Assembly (NCBI GenBank): GCA_000505065.1
Contig: AWSN01000001.1
Location: 487,772-551,771, forward strand
Direction of reading: 5' to 3'
DNA: 64,000 nt
Source of the DNA: Parcubacteria bacterium RAAC4_OD1_1
Lineage (GTDB): Bacteria; Patescibacteriota; Minisyncoccia; Phycocordibacterales; UBA9973
The notes beneath the pieces are model-generated. The model searched no databases, was not told the origin of the DNA, and worked only from the letters and a program-made list of their open reading frames with translations. Position 1 is the first letter of the stretch. Each line of letters begins with the position of its first letter. Below are positions 20,063 through 29,799 of this stretch, piece by piece. The translations under genes were made by a program, and so were the position numbers.

Positions 20063-21586
20063 ATGTTAACAATAATAATTATATCAGCCACAGCCCTAGT
20101 AGTAGGAGCTCTCGTTGGTTATTATTTGCGTCTCATTATTTCTATGGGCAAGAAAGGCTCAATGGAGCTTGAGATTAAGCAAATAATGCTAAAGGCAAAA
20201 GAAGATGCACAAAAAGTAGTCGATGAGGGAAAAAAGAAAGCTGAAGAACACATAGAAGCTTCCAATAAAGAAACAAAGAAAAAAGAAGAGGAATGGAAGC
20301 AAACAGAGAATCGTCTTATCAAAAAGGAGGAAATGCTCGATAACCGTCAGCTTGATATAGACAAAGAAGTAGAAAGGATTAAGCAAAAGATAGAGGAGGT
20401 TAAAAAGGTTAAAGAAAGAGTAGATAATATGGATAAAGAAAAAGAGCAAGAATTAGAAAAGATTGCTCGTCTTTCTACTGATGACGCCAAAGAAATACTC
20501 TTTAAAAATATTGAAGAAAAATATGAGGAAGATCTTCTTGTTAGAATGCAAAAAATGGAAACATTAAATGCAGAAAAATTAGACAGAAGAGCCAAAGACA
20601 TCCTCTCTGCAAGTATAAATCGTCTTGCATCTTCAACCGCATCTGAAATGATGACAACCTCAATCAATATTCCAAATGATGAAATAAAAGGTAAAATCAT
20701 CGGTAAGGAAGGTAGGAATATCCGTGCATTTGAAAAATGTGCAGGAGTTGAACTTATTATCGATGAAACACCAGGAACAATAGTTATATCTTCTTTTGAT
20801 CCAGTAAGAAGACAAGTCGCAAGACTTGCACTTGAAAATCTCATTTTAGATGGCAGAATTCAACCAGCTAAAATCGAAGAAGTGGTAGCAAAAGCGGGGG
20901 AAGACATAAACAAAATTATAAAAGAAAAAGGAGATCAAGCAGTCTATGAGTGTGGAATCTTTAACTTAGACCCAAGGATAACAGCAATCGTAGGAAGACT
21001 TTATTTCAGAACTTCATATGGTCAAAATGTCCTCCAGCACTCTATAGAAATGGCTCACATTGCAGGAATGTTAGCCGAAGAACTTGGGGCAGATGTCCAA
21101 GTCGCAAAAGCTGGGGCATTAGTTCATGACATTGGTAAAGCTCTAGATCACGAAGTTCAAGGTACACATATAGATATAGGTATAAGGATACTTCAGAAAT
21201 TTAAAGCTGATCCTAGAATAATTACAGCAATGAAAAGTCATCATGACGATACTCCCCACGAATCTCTAGAAGCTGTAATCGTCCAAACTGCCGATATGAT
21301 ATCAGGAGGACGCCCAGGAGCAAGACGTGACAGTGTAGAAAATTATATAAAAAGACTTCAAGAATTAGAGGCTTTATCACAAAGCTTCAGTGGAGTTGAG
21401 AAAGCTTATGCTCTATCAGCCGGCCGTGAAATAAGGATATTTGTGACTCCAGATAAAGTGACAGACCTAGAAGCCAAAGAAATGGCCCATGATATTGCAA
21501 AGAAAATAGAACAAGAACTCACCTATCCAGGCGAAATAAAAGTTACAATGATTAGAGAAAATAGAATAGTGGAATACGCAAGATAA
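20063..21586 (+). CDS. rny: Ribonuclease Y
   Basis: An N-terminal TM helix and coiled coil are followed by a KH domain (GKIIGKEGRNIRAFE) and an HD domain (HDIGKA). Confidence 0.85.
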   Translation: MLTIIIISATALVVGALVGYYLRLIISMGKKGSMELEIKQIMLKAKEDAQKVVDEGKKKAEEHIEASNKETKKKEEEWKQTENRLIKKEEMLDNRQLDIDKEVERIKQKIEEVKKVKERVDNMDKEKEQELEKIARLSTDDAKEILFKNIEEKYEEDLLVRMQKMETLNAEKLDRRAKDILSASINRLASSTASEMMTTSINIPNDEIKGKIIGKEGRNIRAFEKCAGVELIIDETPGTIVISSFDPVRRQVARLALENLILDGRIQPAKIEEVVAKAGEDINKIIKEKGDQAVYECGIFNLDPRITAIVGRLYFRTSYGQNVLQHSIEMAHIAGMLAEELGADVQVAKAGALVHDIGKALDHEVQGTHIDIGIRILQKFKADPRIITAMKSHHDDTPHESLEAVIVQTADMISGGRPGARRDSVENYIKRLQELEALSQSFSGVEKAYALSAGREIRIFVTPDKVTDLEAKEMAHDIAKKIEQELTYPGEIKVTMIRENRIVEYAR

Positions 21587-21611
21587 TAAAAAACTCCCTT
21601 AGGGGAGTTTT
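21586..21611 (+). terminator. Terminator after rny
   Basis: The sequence is aaaaaactcccttaggggagtttttt. Confidence 0.65.
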
Positions 21612-21805
21612 TTAAATACAATAAATTATTTTTTTGTCAAACAGTATACCCCTTGTTTTAAAATTAGCTTGGTATATAATAACATTATACCTATTTTATT
21701 AGGGATCGTTTCAAACGGTCGAAATTATTCAGTAAGTTGTAGTTTTTAAATTTTTAATTCTTGTATTTTTTAGAATTTAAAATACAGAAACTATAAACTA
21801 ATCGT

Positions 21806-22078
21806 ATGAATAAACAAGCATTAGTGGAACTTGTTCATGAAAAATTAGGCGGTACAAAAGTACAAGCCGAAGAAATTGTGAACGCAATGTTTGATGCTAT
21901 CGTTGCTACTTTGAAAAAAGGAGACGAAGTATCAATCGCAGGTCTTGGAATCTTTTCAGTAAAGGCTCGTGCAGCTAGAATGGCTCGCAACCCTAAAACT
22001 GGAGAAACTGTTAAAGTCGCTGCAACTAAAGTACCAAAATTTAGAGCAGCAAAAGCTCTTAAAGACGCAGTTAAATAA
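21806..22078 (+). CDS. hup: DNA-binding protein HU
   Basis: 90 aa with the motifs GLGIFSV and ARNPKTGE. Confidence 0.9.
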   Translation: MNKQALVELVHEKLGGTKVQAEEIVNAMFDAIVATLKKGDEVSIAGLGIFSVKARAARMARNPKTGETVKVAATKVPKFRAAKALKDAVK

Positions 22079-22164
22079 TCTTTTCTTTTATAAAGAACTG
22101 ATTAAAGAAAAACCACTCTATTCTATCCGTGAGTGGTTTTTCTTATTGTAATTTATAAACGAAA

Positions 22165-22264
22165 ACAAATAATCTTATAAAAGGGGCTTTTGAGTGCGAC
22201 GGCACGAAAACTGAGCAAATTTCTAATAAGAAATTTGTGTACCCTTTTATAAGATTATTTGTTG
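22165..22264. repeat. ~100-bp intergenic element copy 1, bounded by a 22-bp inverted repeat (aacaaataatcttataaaagggg / cccttttataagattatttgtt)
   Basis: The core gcgacggcacga...gagcaaatttctaataagaaatttgtgt is shared with the copy at 30124-30226. Confidence 0.7.
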
Positions 22265-22286
22265 AAGTTATTTTTTAAAAAATATT

Positions 22287-23036
22287 TTATTCAAGCATCA
22301 ACAATGCCAACATTGAAATTATACCAAGAGAAATAATTAATATTTGAATTATTGAATGTTTTATATTTTTCGTCTTATGAAGTTCTGGGATAAGATCAGC
22401 AACAGCTATATAAATGAATCCTCCAGCCGCAATAGGCATAAACCAAATAGATACTCCTTCTATAATATTTCCAAAAATAAAAACAACAATAAGACCTAAA
22501 AAGGAAGCAGAAGCTGATAAAAAATTAAACATCAAAGCTTTTTTCTTTGAATAACCAGAATGAATGAGTACAGCAAAGTCCCCTATCTCTTGTGGAATCT
22601 CGTGAAGTATAACAGCCAGAGTTGTAGCAATACCAAGAGGAATACTTACAAGAAAGCTTGCTCCAATAATTGCTCCATCAATAAAATTATGAAACCCATC
22701 TGTAAAAAGTATCAACTTCCCTACCGGATGCACATGACCTTCTTCTTTGTCTTCGCCATGATGATGCCAATGTATAAATTTCTCTATTATAAAAAATAAT
22801 ATTATTCCGAAAATAATAAAAATACCGACAAGATCTATTTTTATATTACTCTCCATTATTTCTGGAATAATATGAATAAAAGCATCACCTAAAAGTGCCC
22901 CTATCGCAATACTAATAAAAAAACTAATATATTTTTTTAAAACATTTTCTTTTAAAGAAAGAAAAAGAATTCCAATAAGAGAAACAAGACTTACAAACAA
23001 AACAGCAATTGTTCCATATAAATAATTTATTGTCAT
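22287..23036 (-). CDS. ZIP family metal (zinc) transporter
   Basis: The HEIPQEIGDFAVL motif and His-rich loop HWHHHGEDKEEGHVH fit a ZIP transporter. Confidence 0.75.
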   Translation of the reverse strand: MTINYLYGTIAVLFVSLVSLIGILFLSLKENVLKKYISFFISIAIGALLGDAFIHIIPEIMESNIKIDLVGIFIIFGIILFFIIEKFIHWHHHGEDKEEGHVHPVGKLILFTDGFHNFIDGAIIGASFLVSIPLGIATTLAVILHEIPQEIGDFAVLIHSGYSKKKALMFNFLSASASFLGLIVVFIFGNIIEGVSIWFMPIAAGGFIYIAVADLIPELHKTKNIKHSIIQILIISLGIISMLALLMLE

Positions 23037-23097
23037 AATTTTATTATAACATATGAGTCAAGAAACAATTTGATATTGTTTTTGATAATTTTGTCGG

Positions 23098-23115
23098 GGT
23101 GCCGGGAATCTCGTC
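23098..23115 (-). repeat. Orphan duplicate of the tRNA-Pro 3' end (gtcggggtgccgggaatc)
   Basis: The 18-nt segment is identical to 23241-23258 of the tRNA-Pro gene and sits ~125 bp from the tRNA. The flanking region does not fold into a tRNA. Confidence 0.7.
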
Positions 23116-23237
23116 CTACGGTCGCGGGTGCTTTTCCATCTTTGATAAGGAAAAGCCTTTCGATTCCCGAACGCAAGAGAAGCAATTCTCTTGCTCACCA
23201 CAAATTAAAAAACTCTCTTCTGAGAGTTTTTTAATTT

Positions 23238-23310
23238 TGTCGGGGTGCCGGGAATCGAACCCGGCTCTCGTGTTCCCAAAACACGGATACTACCGATATA
23301 CTACACCCCG
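23238..23310 (-). tRNA. tRNA-Pro (anticodon TGG); CCA not encoded
   Basis: The cloverleaf was folded by eye: acceptor CGGGGTG/CACCCCG, anticodon loop TTTGGGA, T-loop TTCGATT. Confidence 0.8.
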
Positions 23311-23351
23311 AAACTAAACATACAAACAAAATAAAATCAGTAAACCTGATT

Positions 23352-23424
23352 TGTGCGGGATAAGGGAGTCGAACCCTTCACCACAGTTTGGAAAACTGTT
23401 ATTTTACCGATAAACTAATCCCGC
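23352..23424 (-). tRNA. tRNA-Trp (anticodon CCA); CCA end not encoded
   Basis: Acceptor GCGGGAT/ATCCCGC, anticodon loop TTCCAAA, T-arm GGGTTCGACTCCC. Confidence 0.8.
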
Positions 23425-23466
23425 AATCATCATACCAATATAACAAATTTTTACCTTTTTATCAAA

Positions 23467-23883
23467 TCACAATATTATATTTTCTACTACTTTTACTCTA
23501 CCTAGTTTTTTATGTATATCAATATAAACAACCAAAAGGTCAAATTGCCATTCCCTATTCCCTACTCTATTACTTATGAGATAAGTTTCTACTATTCTTC
23601 GAAGTCTTTGCATTTTCCAAATATGCATATTTTCTTCTGGTCTACCTGTTTCAAACCCCCACTGTCCAGGCCTTGCCTGGACAGTGGGGGTAAATGAGAA
23701 TTGTTTTGATTTTACTTCAACAAAATATATCTTATTATCTTTTATTGCAATTATATCTATTTCTCCCCACTTTCTAGTGTAATTTCTTTCTAAAACAAAA
23801 AATCCGTGTTTCATAAGAAACCTACAGGCTAAATCTTCCCCAATTTTACCTATTTTTTGTGAATTTGAAGTAAAACTTTTCAT
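23467..23883 (-). CDS. yraN: YraN (UPF0102) family endonuclease carrying an in-frame P2 palindrome insertion
   Basis: GEIDIIA and VEVKSK motifs; the peptide PTVQARPGQWG is encoded by the 35-nt palindrome at 23656-23690. Confidence 0.7.
   Translation of the reverse strand: MKSFTSNSQKIGKIGEDLACRFLMKHGFFVLERNYTRKWGEIDIIAIKDNKIYFVEVKSKQFSFTPTVQARPGQWGFETGRPEENMHIWKMQRLRRIVETYLISNRVGNREWQFDLLVVYIDIHKKLGRVKVVENIIL
23656..23690. repeat. P2 palindrome copy (cccccactgtccaggccttgcctggacagtggggg), inside yraN
   Basis: A perfect 16-bp stem with a 3-nt loop. It is GC-rich within AT-rich DNA and open in all six frames. Confidence 0.9.
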
Positions 23884-24120
23884 AGTGTTTCACGTGAAAC
23901 ATTTTTAGGTGTTAATAACGGACAAATTCACCTAAAAATTGTACTTTACTAATAAAACCTTATTTATCAAGCTTTTTTATATTTTAGATATAAATATTTG
24001 AATTACAAAGTTTGTCTTTTATAAACAATACACACATACTTATCCACATAATCTATATTTTTAAAGGGTTTTTGGTGTGTATAAAAGACTAATAAAAGTC
24101 ATAATCTATAGTAGTAATTT

Positions 24121-24194
24121 TGTGCACCTGGAGGGATTCGAACCCCCAACGACGGTTCCGAAGACCGGTATGATATCCATTTCACTACAGGTGC
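24121..24194 (-). tRNA. tRNA-Arg (anticodon TCG); CCA not encoded
   Basis: Acceptor GCACCTG/CAGGTGC, anticodon loop CTTCGGA, T-arm GGGGGTTCGAATCCC. Confidence 0.75.
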
Positions 24195-24290
24195 ATATTT
24201 TATATTATACAATAAAATAATAATTTAACAAAACAAATTGCTTTTTGATTTAAAAAATATTATAATAAAAAAGTTATAAAAAATAATTTA

Positions 24291-24363
24291 GCGGTGTTGG
24301 TTTAGTGGTAGAACACGTCCTTGCCAAGGATGAGACAGGAGTTCGATTCTCCTACGCCGCACA
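24291..24363 (+). tRNA. tRNA-Gly (anticodon GCC); CCA not encoded
   Basis: Acceptor GCGGTGT/ACGCCGC, anticodon loop TTGCCAA, T-arm GGAGTTCGATTCTCC. Confidence 0.8.
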
Positions 24364-24368
24364 AATAT

Positions 24369-25922
24369 ATGGCTGATAAGCCAATTATAAACAACTCAAA
24401 AATCCCAAAATATGTTACACGTGTAACAGAAACCCTCGAAAAAGCTGGTTTTGAAGCTTTTCTTGTGGGTGGATGCGTCCGAGATCTTATTATAGGCAGG
24501 GAACCAAAAGATTGGGATATTACAACAAATGCCAAACCAAAAGAGATAATTCCATTATTTGAGAAAACTATATATGAAAATAAATTTGGAACAGTCGGTG
24601 TCTGTATTCCTAAAGAAATCCCCAAACCTAGTTTGGATATTTCATGCGAAACGGGAGACAAGGCTGAATATCATATAATTGAAGTAACTCCATACAGAAT
24701 AGAGTCTAAATATGATGATTTTAGGCATCCAAATGAAGTTAAATTTAGTAAAAAAATAGAAGATGACCTTAAAAGAAGAGACTTTACAGTAAATGCAATA
24801 GCGTATAGTATTTCTAAAGGACAACTTATTGACCTTTATAAAGGACAAGAAGATATAAAAGACAAAGTTATTAGGGCAGTGGGGGATCCAAAAGATAGAT
24901 TTACCGAAGATGCCCTTCGAATGCTTCGTGCTATTAGATTTTCAGCAGAATTAGACTTTTCTGTTTCATATGAAACAATAAACGCTATTTATGAGAATAA
25001 GAATCTTATAAAAAATGTATCTTTTGAAAGAATTCGTGATGAATTTACTAAAATAATAATGTCTTCAAACTCAGTTTCTGGAATAGCTTTATTGCAAAAG
25101 CTTGAATTACTTAAACATATAATTCCAGAATTAGAAGAGGGAATTGGATGTATCCAGGGTGGAGCTCATAAATACGATGTCTGGGAGCATTTACTCCAAG
25201 CCCTTGATCATGCTACAAAAAAGAATTGGTCTTTAGAAATAAGACTTTCTGCCTTGTTTCACGATATTGGAAAACCTAGATCTAGAAGAAAAGGGGTTAA
25301 AAAAGCCTATACTTTTTATGGCCATGAAGTAATAGGGGAAAGAATGGTGAAACAAATTATGGAAAGAATGAGATATTCTAAAGAAATAAGCGAAAAAGTT
25401 ATTAGTTTCACGAGAAACCATATGTTCTTCTCTGATACTGAAAAAATAACACTTTCTGCTGTAAGGAGGATTATTCAACATGTTGGTAAAGAAAATATCT
25501 GGGATCTTATGAAAGTCCGTGAGTGTGATAGGGTGGGAATGGCAAAAGCTGAAGCTCCATATAGACTTCGTAAATATCACGCAATGATAGAAGAAGCTCT
25601 CCGTGACCCAATATCCGTCAGCCAGCTAGCCATAGATGGAAACTATATGATGGGGGAGTTACACGTGAAACCAGGCCCCCGAATGGGCTGGATACTAAAT
25701 GCTCTCCTTGAAGAAGTCCTAGATGATCCAACCAAAAACAACAAAGAGCACCTATCAGAACTCGTGAAATCCCTTGATATGCTGGGCGATGCTGAATTAA
25801 AGACATTGGGAGAAAGAGGAAAAGAGAAGAAAGATAAACTAGAGAAAGAAGAAATCAAAAGGTTACATGTGAAACATGGGGTGAGCTCGGGTAAGGGACC
25901 TGAGCGCAAGACCGGAGCCTGA
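24369..25922 (+). CDS. cca: CCA-adding tRNA nucleotidyltransferase with HD domain
   Basis: The polymerase beta-type head GGCVRDLIIG...DWDITT is followed by an HD motif (LFHDIGKP). The ATG at 24369 is 6 nt after tRNA-Gly. Confidence 0.8.
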   Translation: MADKPIINNSKIPKYVTRVTETLEKAGFEAFLVGGCVRDLIIGREPKDWDITTNAKPKEIIPLFEKTIYENKFGTVGVCIPKEIPKPSLDISCETGDKAEYHIIEVTPYRIESKYDDFRHPNEVKFSKKIEDDLKRRDFTVNAIAYSISKGQLIDLYKGQEDIKDKVIRAVGDPKDRFTEDALRMLRAIRFSAELDFSVSYETINAIYENKNLIKNVSFERIRDEFTKIIMSSNSVSGIALLQKLELLKHIIPELEEGIGCIQGGAHKYDVWEHLLQALDHATKKNWSLEIRLSALFHDIGKPRSRRKGVKKAYTFYGHEVIGERMVKQIMERMRYSKEISEKVISFTRNHMFFSDTEKITLSAVRRIIQHVGKENIWDLMKVRECDRVGMAKAEAPYRLRKYHAMIEEALRDPISVSQLAIDGNYMMGELHVKPGPRMGWILNALLEEVLDDPTKNNKEHLSELVKSLDMLGDAELKTLGERGKEKKDKLEKEEIKRLHVKHGVSSGKGPERKTGA

Positions 25923-26326
25923 CGAGGCGAGGTGGGCTCGCGAGATTTTTCAACAGAAAAATACTTGTGAGTAGAAAATAGGGAAGAAACAAAACTCTTG
26001 AGACTCTCGAGGCAAGGCCTAAAGAGTTTAAGGTATTAAAAAATAAAAGAAGCGGGAACCAGAGGATCCCCGTTTCAAAACTTAACCTAACTAAACCAAA
26101 TTATGATTAAAGAAAAAATAAATTGTTCAAGTCAACACAAGAACAATTTAAAAAAGTGATTACTTATATTATGAACTTCTTATAAAATAAGTCAAGAACA
26201 GAAAACCCCGGAATAAAAATCTCCGGGGTGAAAACAATTAAACAATGTCAGAAAACAGAAAACTAGAAACAAAATAATTAAACTGTGCAATAAAGAACAG
26301 TTTAATCATTATAATTATACCTACTT

Positions 26327-27124
26327 TTATACTTTTATGTCAATCATTATCGGGCAATGGTCTGAGCCCATATAGTCAGAGAGGGTTTTAAAACTTTTTA
26401 CATTTTTAATAAAAGATTTATTGGTAAAAAAGTAATCTATCCTCCAACCGACATTCCTATCACGTGCTCTTGTTTTCTGATCCCAATAAGTATAGACATC
26501 TTTTTGGTCGGGATTTAAATATCGAAAAATATCTATCCAATTATTTTTTATTAATTTATCCATCCAAGCTCTCTCGATAGGGAGAAAGCCTGTGTTGTTT
26601 ACATTCTCTTTTGGCCGAGCGAGGTCTATTTCATTATGAGCAGTATTTACATCTCCAGTAAAAATTACATTATATCCATTCTTTTCTAGTTTATTTATAA
26701 ATTTTAAAAAAGCGTCATAAAATTCTAATTTATATTTTAATCTTTCTGGTTTTATGCCAGCATTAGGAAAATAACAATTGATTAAAGCTAATTTCTTACC
26801 TTTCCCACCAATGGGACTTTTATAATACAAAACTAAAGTCCTACCTTCATCATCAAATTTTTTAATTCCCAAACCATACTCAACTCTTTCTGGTTTTACT
26901 TTTGTATAAATAGCTACACCACTATAACCCTTTCGAAGTTTTGAATATGAAAAATAAGAATAATAACCCTTTAAATTCCTGGATGCTTCATCAAGTTGCT
27001 CTGGCTCACATTTTGTTTCTTGAAAACAAACCATATCTGGATTATTAAAAGCAAACAGGGGAGTAAAGTGTCCTTGTTTTATCGTCGCCCGCAATCCATT
27101 TGTATTCCAACTTATAATTTTCAT
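26327..27124 (-). CDS. xth: Exodeoxyribonuclease III (AP endonuclease)
   Basis: MKIISWNTNGLRA, FQETKCE and a C-terminal SDHCP motif fit the EEP fold. Confidence 0.85.
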   Translation of the reverse strand: MKIISWNTNGLRATIKQGHFTPLFAFNNPDMVCFQETKCEPEQLDEASRNLKGYYSYFSYSKLRKGYSGVAIYTKVKPERVEYGLGIKKFDDEGRTLVLYYKSPIGGKGKKLALINCYFPNAGIKPERLKYKLEFYDAFLKFINKLEKNGYNVIFTGDVNTAHNEIDLARPKENVNNTGFLPIERAWMDKLIKNNWIDIFRYLNPDQKDVYTYWDQKTRARDRNVGWRIDYFFTNKSFIKNVKSFKTLSDYMGSDHCPIMIDIKV

Positions 27125-27147
27125 ATTAATTATTATATAACTATCTA

Positions 27148-27996
27148 TTAACTATTCATTTCCTTAAATAATTCTTCTGATTCTTTTTCGGTTATGTCTA
27201 TTTTTTTAGAAATTTCCCATATAACCTTAAACTGAGAAGCCACCATATCAGCAAATTCTTTACTTTCAAGAATAAAACCAAAATTATCCTTTGGAGAAGA
27301 AATGCAGGCAACCTTATTTTCATAAATCCAATAACCCATAGAAAAATCTATTCCCTCTGGGGCAACTCTTATTTCCCTGAGAAAAACTTCGCCAGTCCCC
27401 ATAAATGGATAATCATTCATATCAATAATATGCTTTTCTGGCCAAATAACATTCATATAAATATTTCTTTTCACTCTTTCAATATTAAATTGTTTAAAAA
27501 ATTCTTCTCCAAAAACTTCAATAACAAGTTTAATTGGAATATAAGCTTTAGCTTCCATATTTCTGTAAAGAAGTATGTCTCTTAAAATATTCTGAACTTC
27601 TTTTTTGCTTTCAAATATCTGAAAACGGGGAACAGAGGTTGGTTTTAAACCTTTTTGAATTTCCAAAAATGCTTTTGTTATGACATCCTTAGTATCATTA
27701 ATATTTTTTATCTGTTCATCCAAGACCATATTTATCTTTTCTGCACTAGAAACTAAAAAAGTTTTTACTCCATCTTTTTGAGAATGAACAACTAAACCTT
27801 TTTCTTGAAGATTCTTTAGATAACCATAAAGAGATGGGCGAGAAAGGCCAGTCTTTATTGCAATTTTTCCAGCTGTTTGTTCACCGTTTTCTAGTAAAAA
27901 TAGGAAAGTTTTTATTTCGTCTTCTTTAATACCTATATTTATAAGTTTCTGGCTGAGCATATTTAATATTATATTCCTTAGCTTTTCTGTTGTCAA
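27148..27996 (-). CDS. TrmB-like HTH transcriptional regulator
   Basis: The N-terminal winged helix GEQTAGKIAIKTGLSRPSLYGYLKNLQEKGLV matches the TrmB family. Confidence 0.55.
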   Translation of the reverse strand: MTTEKLRNIILNMLSQKLINIGIKEDEIKTFLFLLENGEQTAGKIAIKTGLSRPSLYGYLKNLQEKGLVVHSQKDGVKTFLVSSAEKINMVLDEQIKNINDTKDVITKAFLEIQKGLKPTSVPRFQIFESKKEVQNILRDILLYRNMEAKAYIPIKLVIEVFGEEFFKQFNIERVKRNIYMNVIWPEKHIIDMNDYPFMGTGEVFLREIRVAPEGIDFSMGYWIYENKVACISSPKDNFGFILESKEFADMVASQFKVIWEISKKIDITEKESEELFKEMNS

Positions 27997-28072
27997 GATT
28001 GTACAACACCATTTACAATAGTTGACATAAATGCTATACTATGTTTAAGTTAAACTTTTAAAAAAATAAATC

Positions 28073-28444
28073 ATGAAAAAGTTATTGTTCTTCGTAATGG
28101 TATTAATGTCAGTTTGTGCTAAAGCACAAATATCTGACAAGAAAAATCATTTCTCGTCTTTCTCAGGAGGAATGATCATTTCAGCAAATAATTCCATTTC
28201 ATTTATGGGGTTCGTGGGACCAAAAGTTTCTGTAACCCTTAATGTTGCGAAAAATTTTAAGGCTGAAGTTGGAGTAAATGCTTTCCCGGGATTAGTTTTA
28301 AAACCAGAATTAAAACCAGGATTAGCGCTGGGGTCAACTATTACTTTAAAAAATAACAATTGGAAATTAAAACCAGTTGTAGGTGTTGTTCTTATTAAAA
28401 CCAAGGAATGGCAACCAATGTTGGGCTTGGGTTTCGTCTTCTAG
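28073..28444 (+). CDS. Small secreted hypothetical protein
   Basis: 123 aa with a signal peptide; it reads like a beta-rich small protein. Confidence 0.45.
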   Translation: MKKLLFFVMVLMSVCAKAQISDKKNHFSSFSGGMIISANNSISFMGFVGPKVSVTLNVAKNFKAEVGVNAFPGLVLKPELKPGLALGSTITLKNNNWKLKPVVGVVLIKTKEWQPMLGLGFVF

Positions 28445-28571
28445 CCGAAGGTTAGAGGAATAAAAATGAAAAGCGGTCGCTATGCGATCGCTTTTTTTAA
28501 TTACTGTGAAATTTCTTGTGCACCCCAGTAGTAGAGCAAAGCTCACTACGGGGCAAGCATCTCTTATTTTA

Positions 28572-29570
28572 TCACGACTTACTATGATATTTCTTATGTA
28601 TATCTTTTAATTGACGATCTGTAATATGTGTATATATCTGAGTTGTAGCAATATTCGCATGGCCAAGCATCATTTGGACCGAGCGAATATCAGCCCCATT
28701 AGAAAGTAAATCTGTTGCAAAAGAGTGACGAATCACGTGGGGGGTCACCTTCTTAGAAATTCCTGCAATAATTGCATATTGGCGAACAATCCTTTCTATA
28801 GAGCGGGGGGTAATTCTTCCTCCGTTACTGTCCAGGCCTTGCCTGGACTTATTATTTTTGGAATACTGAATAAATAATGGCTCATCCATATCTTTTCTAT
28901 TTTTCAAATATTCTCTTATTGCATCCTTGGCGCTATCTGAAAGGAAAACGACACGAACTTTTTCACCCTTTCCACGGATAGAGAATTCATCTTTTGATAA
29001 ATCCAAGTCCCTATTGAGTGAGCAAAGTTCAGAAAGACGAAGCCCTGTCGAGAAAAAAAGCTCCAATATCGCTTTGTCTCGTAAAGATTTCAAATTCCCA
29101 TAGGTCGGACCTAGGGTCTTATTATTTTTACTTTTTGCCCCTAGGTCCGACCTAGGGGAATTTTCCAAAGGTGCTTTTAAAAGCCTATTTAATTCATCAA
29201 CAGAAATAAGATCCAAAGACCTTTCTTTTATCTTTGCAAGCTCTATCCGATCAGGTGGAAGGGAAGTGATACCTCTTTTCATAAGATATTTAAGGAAAGA
29301 ACGAAGAGCAATAAGATGATAATTCTGAGTATTCTTCTTAAGAGTTGCTGATTGTTGCCCACGAACCTTAACCCCAGGCTGACGATTAAGAAAAAGACGG
29401 AATTCACGAATCTTGTCATCATCAATATCTTTTGGATCTGTTATTTTGGAAAAATCAAAAAACCTACTTATATAATGATCATAATTATTGACCGTTTTTA
29501 GACTATTTCCTTTCTCTATTTCTACATGCTCAAGAAATTCTCTTTTCAATTGCTCTAAATAAGATGCCAT
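28572..29570 (-). CDS. xerC: Tyrosine recombinase XerC/XerD-like, carrying two in-frame palindrome insertions
   Basis: HVIRHSFAT...LGHANIATTQIYTH in the catalytic region. P2 encodes SRQGLDSNGG, and a P3 pair encodes PRSDLGAKSKNNKTLGPTYG. Confidence 0.8.
   Translation of the reverse strand: MASYLEQLKREFLEHVEIEKGNSLKTVNNYDHYISRFFDFSKITDPKDIDDDKIREFRLFLNRQPGVKVRGQQSATLKKNTQNYHLIALRSFLKYLMKRGITSLPPDRIELAKIKERSLDLISVDELNRLLKAPLENSPRSDLGAKSKNNKTLGPTYGNLKSLRDKAILELFFSTGLRLSELCSLNRDLDLSKDEFSIRGKGEKVRVVFLSDSAKDAIREYLKNRKDMDEPLFIQYSKNNKSRQGLDSNGGRITPRSIERIVRQYAIIAGISKKVTPHVIRHSFATDLLSNGADIRSVQMMLGHANIATTQIYTHITDRQLKDIHKKYHSKS
28826..28849. repeat. P2 palindrome copy inside xerC
   Basis: The sequence is actgtccaggccttgcctggact. 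Confidence 0.85.
29098..29157. repeat. Pair of P3 palindromes (cctaggtcSgacctagg) separated by 19 nt, in frame inside xerC
   Basis: ccataggtcggacctaggg ... cccctaggtccgacctagggg. The core gacctaggtc recurs in the rpsO terminator at 30071-30100. Confidence 0.8.
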
Positions 29571-29770
29571 CCAATCATTGTATCACATACTTTAATGTCG
29601 GAAAACAAAATACAGAAGAGAGTTATTTTGCCCGCACACTTAATTTGGTGTAGCTTTTTGGTTCTGCTGTTAAAGTAATTTTGTAATATTGATATATTTT
29701 ATAAACATAAAAGATATTATTATCTAAATATTCTGAAAAAGCAGAACAACACCAAATTAAGTGTGTGGGC

Positions 29771-29799
29771 TTGCATTTTTTTGTAATATGTGATACTAT
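29771..29799 (+). promoter_or_regulatory. rpsO promoter TTGCAT-17-TACTAT
   Basis: It is embedded in the right arm of the xerC-rpsO inverted repeat. Confidence 0.5.

Noticed and set aside
23096-23190. A fifth tRNA gene suggested by the tRNA-Pro-like 3' end
   Set aside because: No complementary 5' acceptor strand, D-arm or anticodon arm can be folded. Only the last ~19 nt match tRNA-Pro.
23099-23317. ORF-track CDS of 72 aa
   Set aside because: It lies across tRNA-Pro and the tRNA fragment, so it is spurious.
24302-24661. Minus-strand 119-aa ORF, and the plus ORF start at 24321
   Set aside because: These overlap tRNA-Gly. The real cca start is the ATG at 24369, which gives MADKPI...; the minus-strand ORF is an antisense artefact.
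25923-26070. Relatively GC-rich stretch after cca, considered as a possible small RNA
   Set aside because: gcgaggtgggctcgcgagattttt reads best as the cca terminator. The rest has no convincing conserved structure, only a degenerate P2-like fragment (ggcaaggcct).
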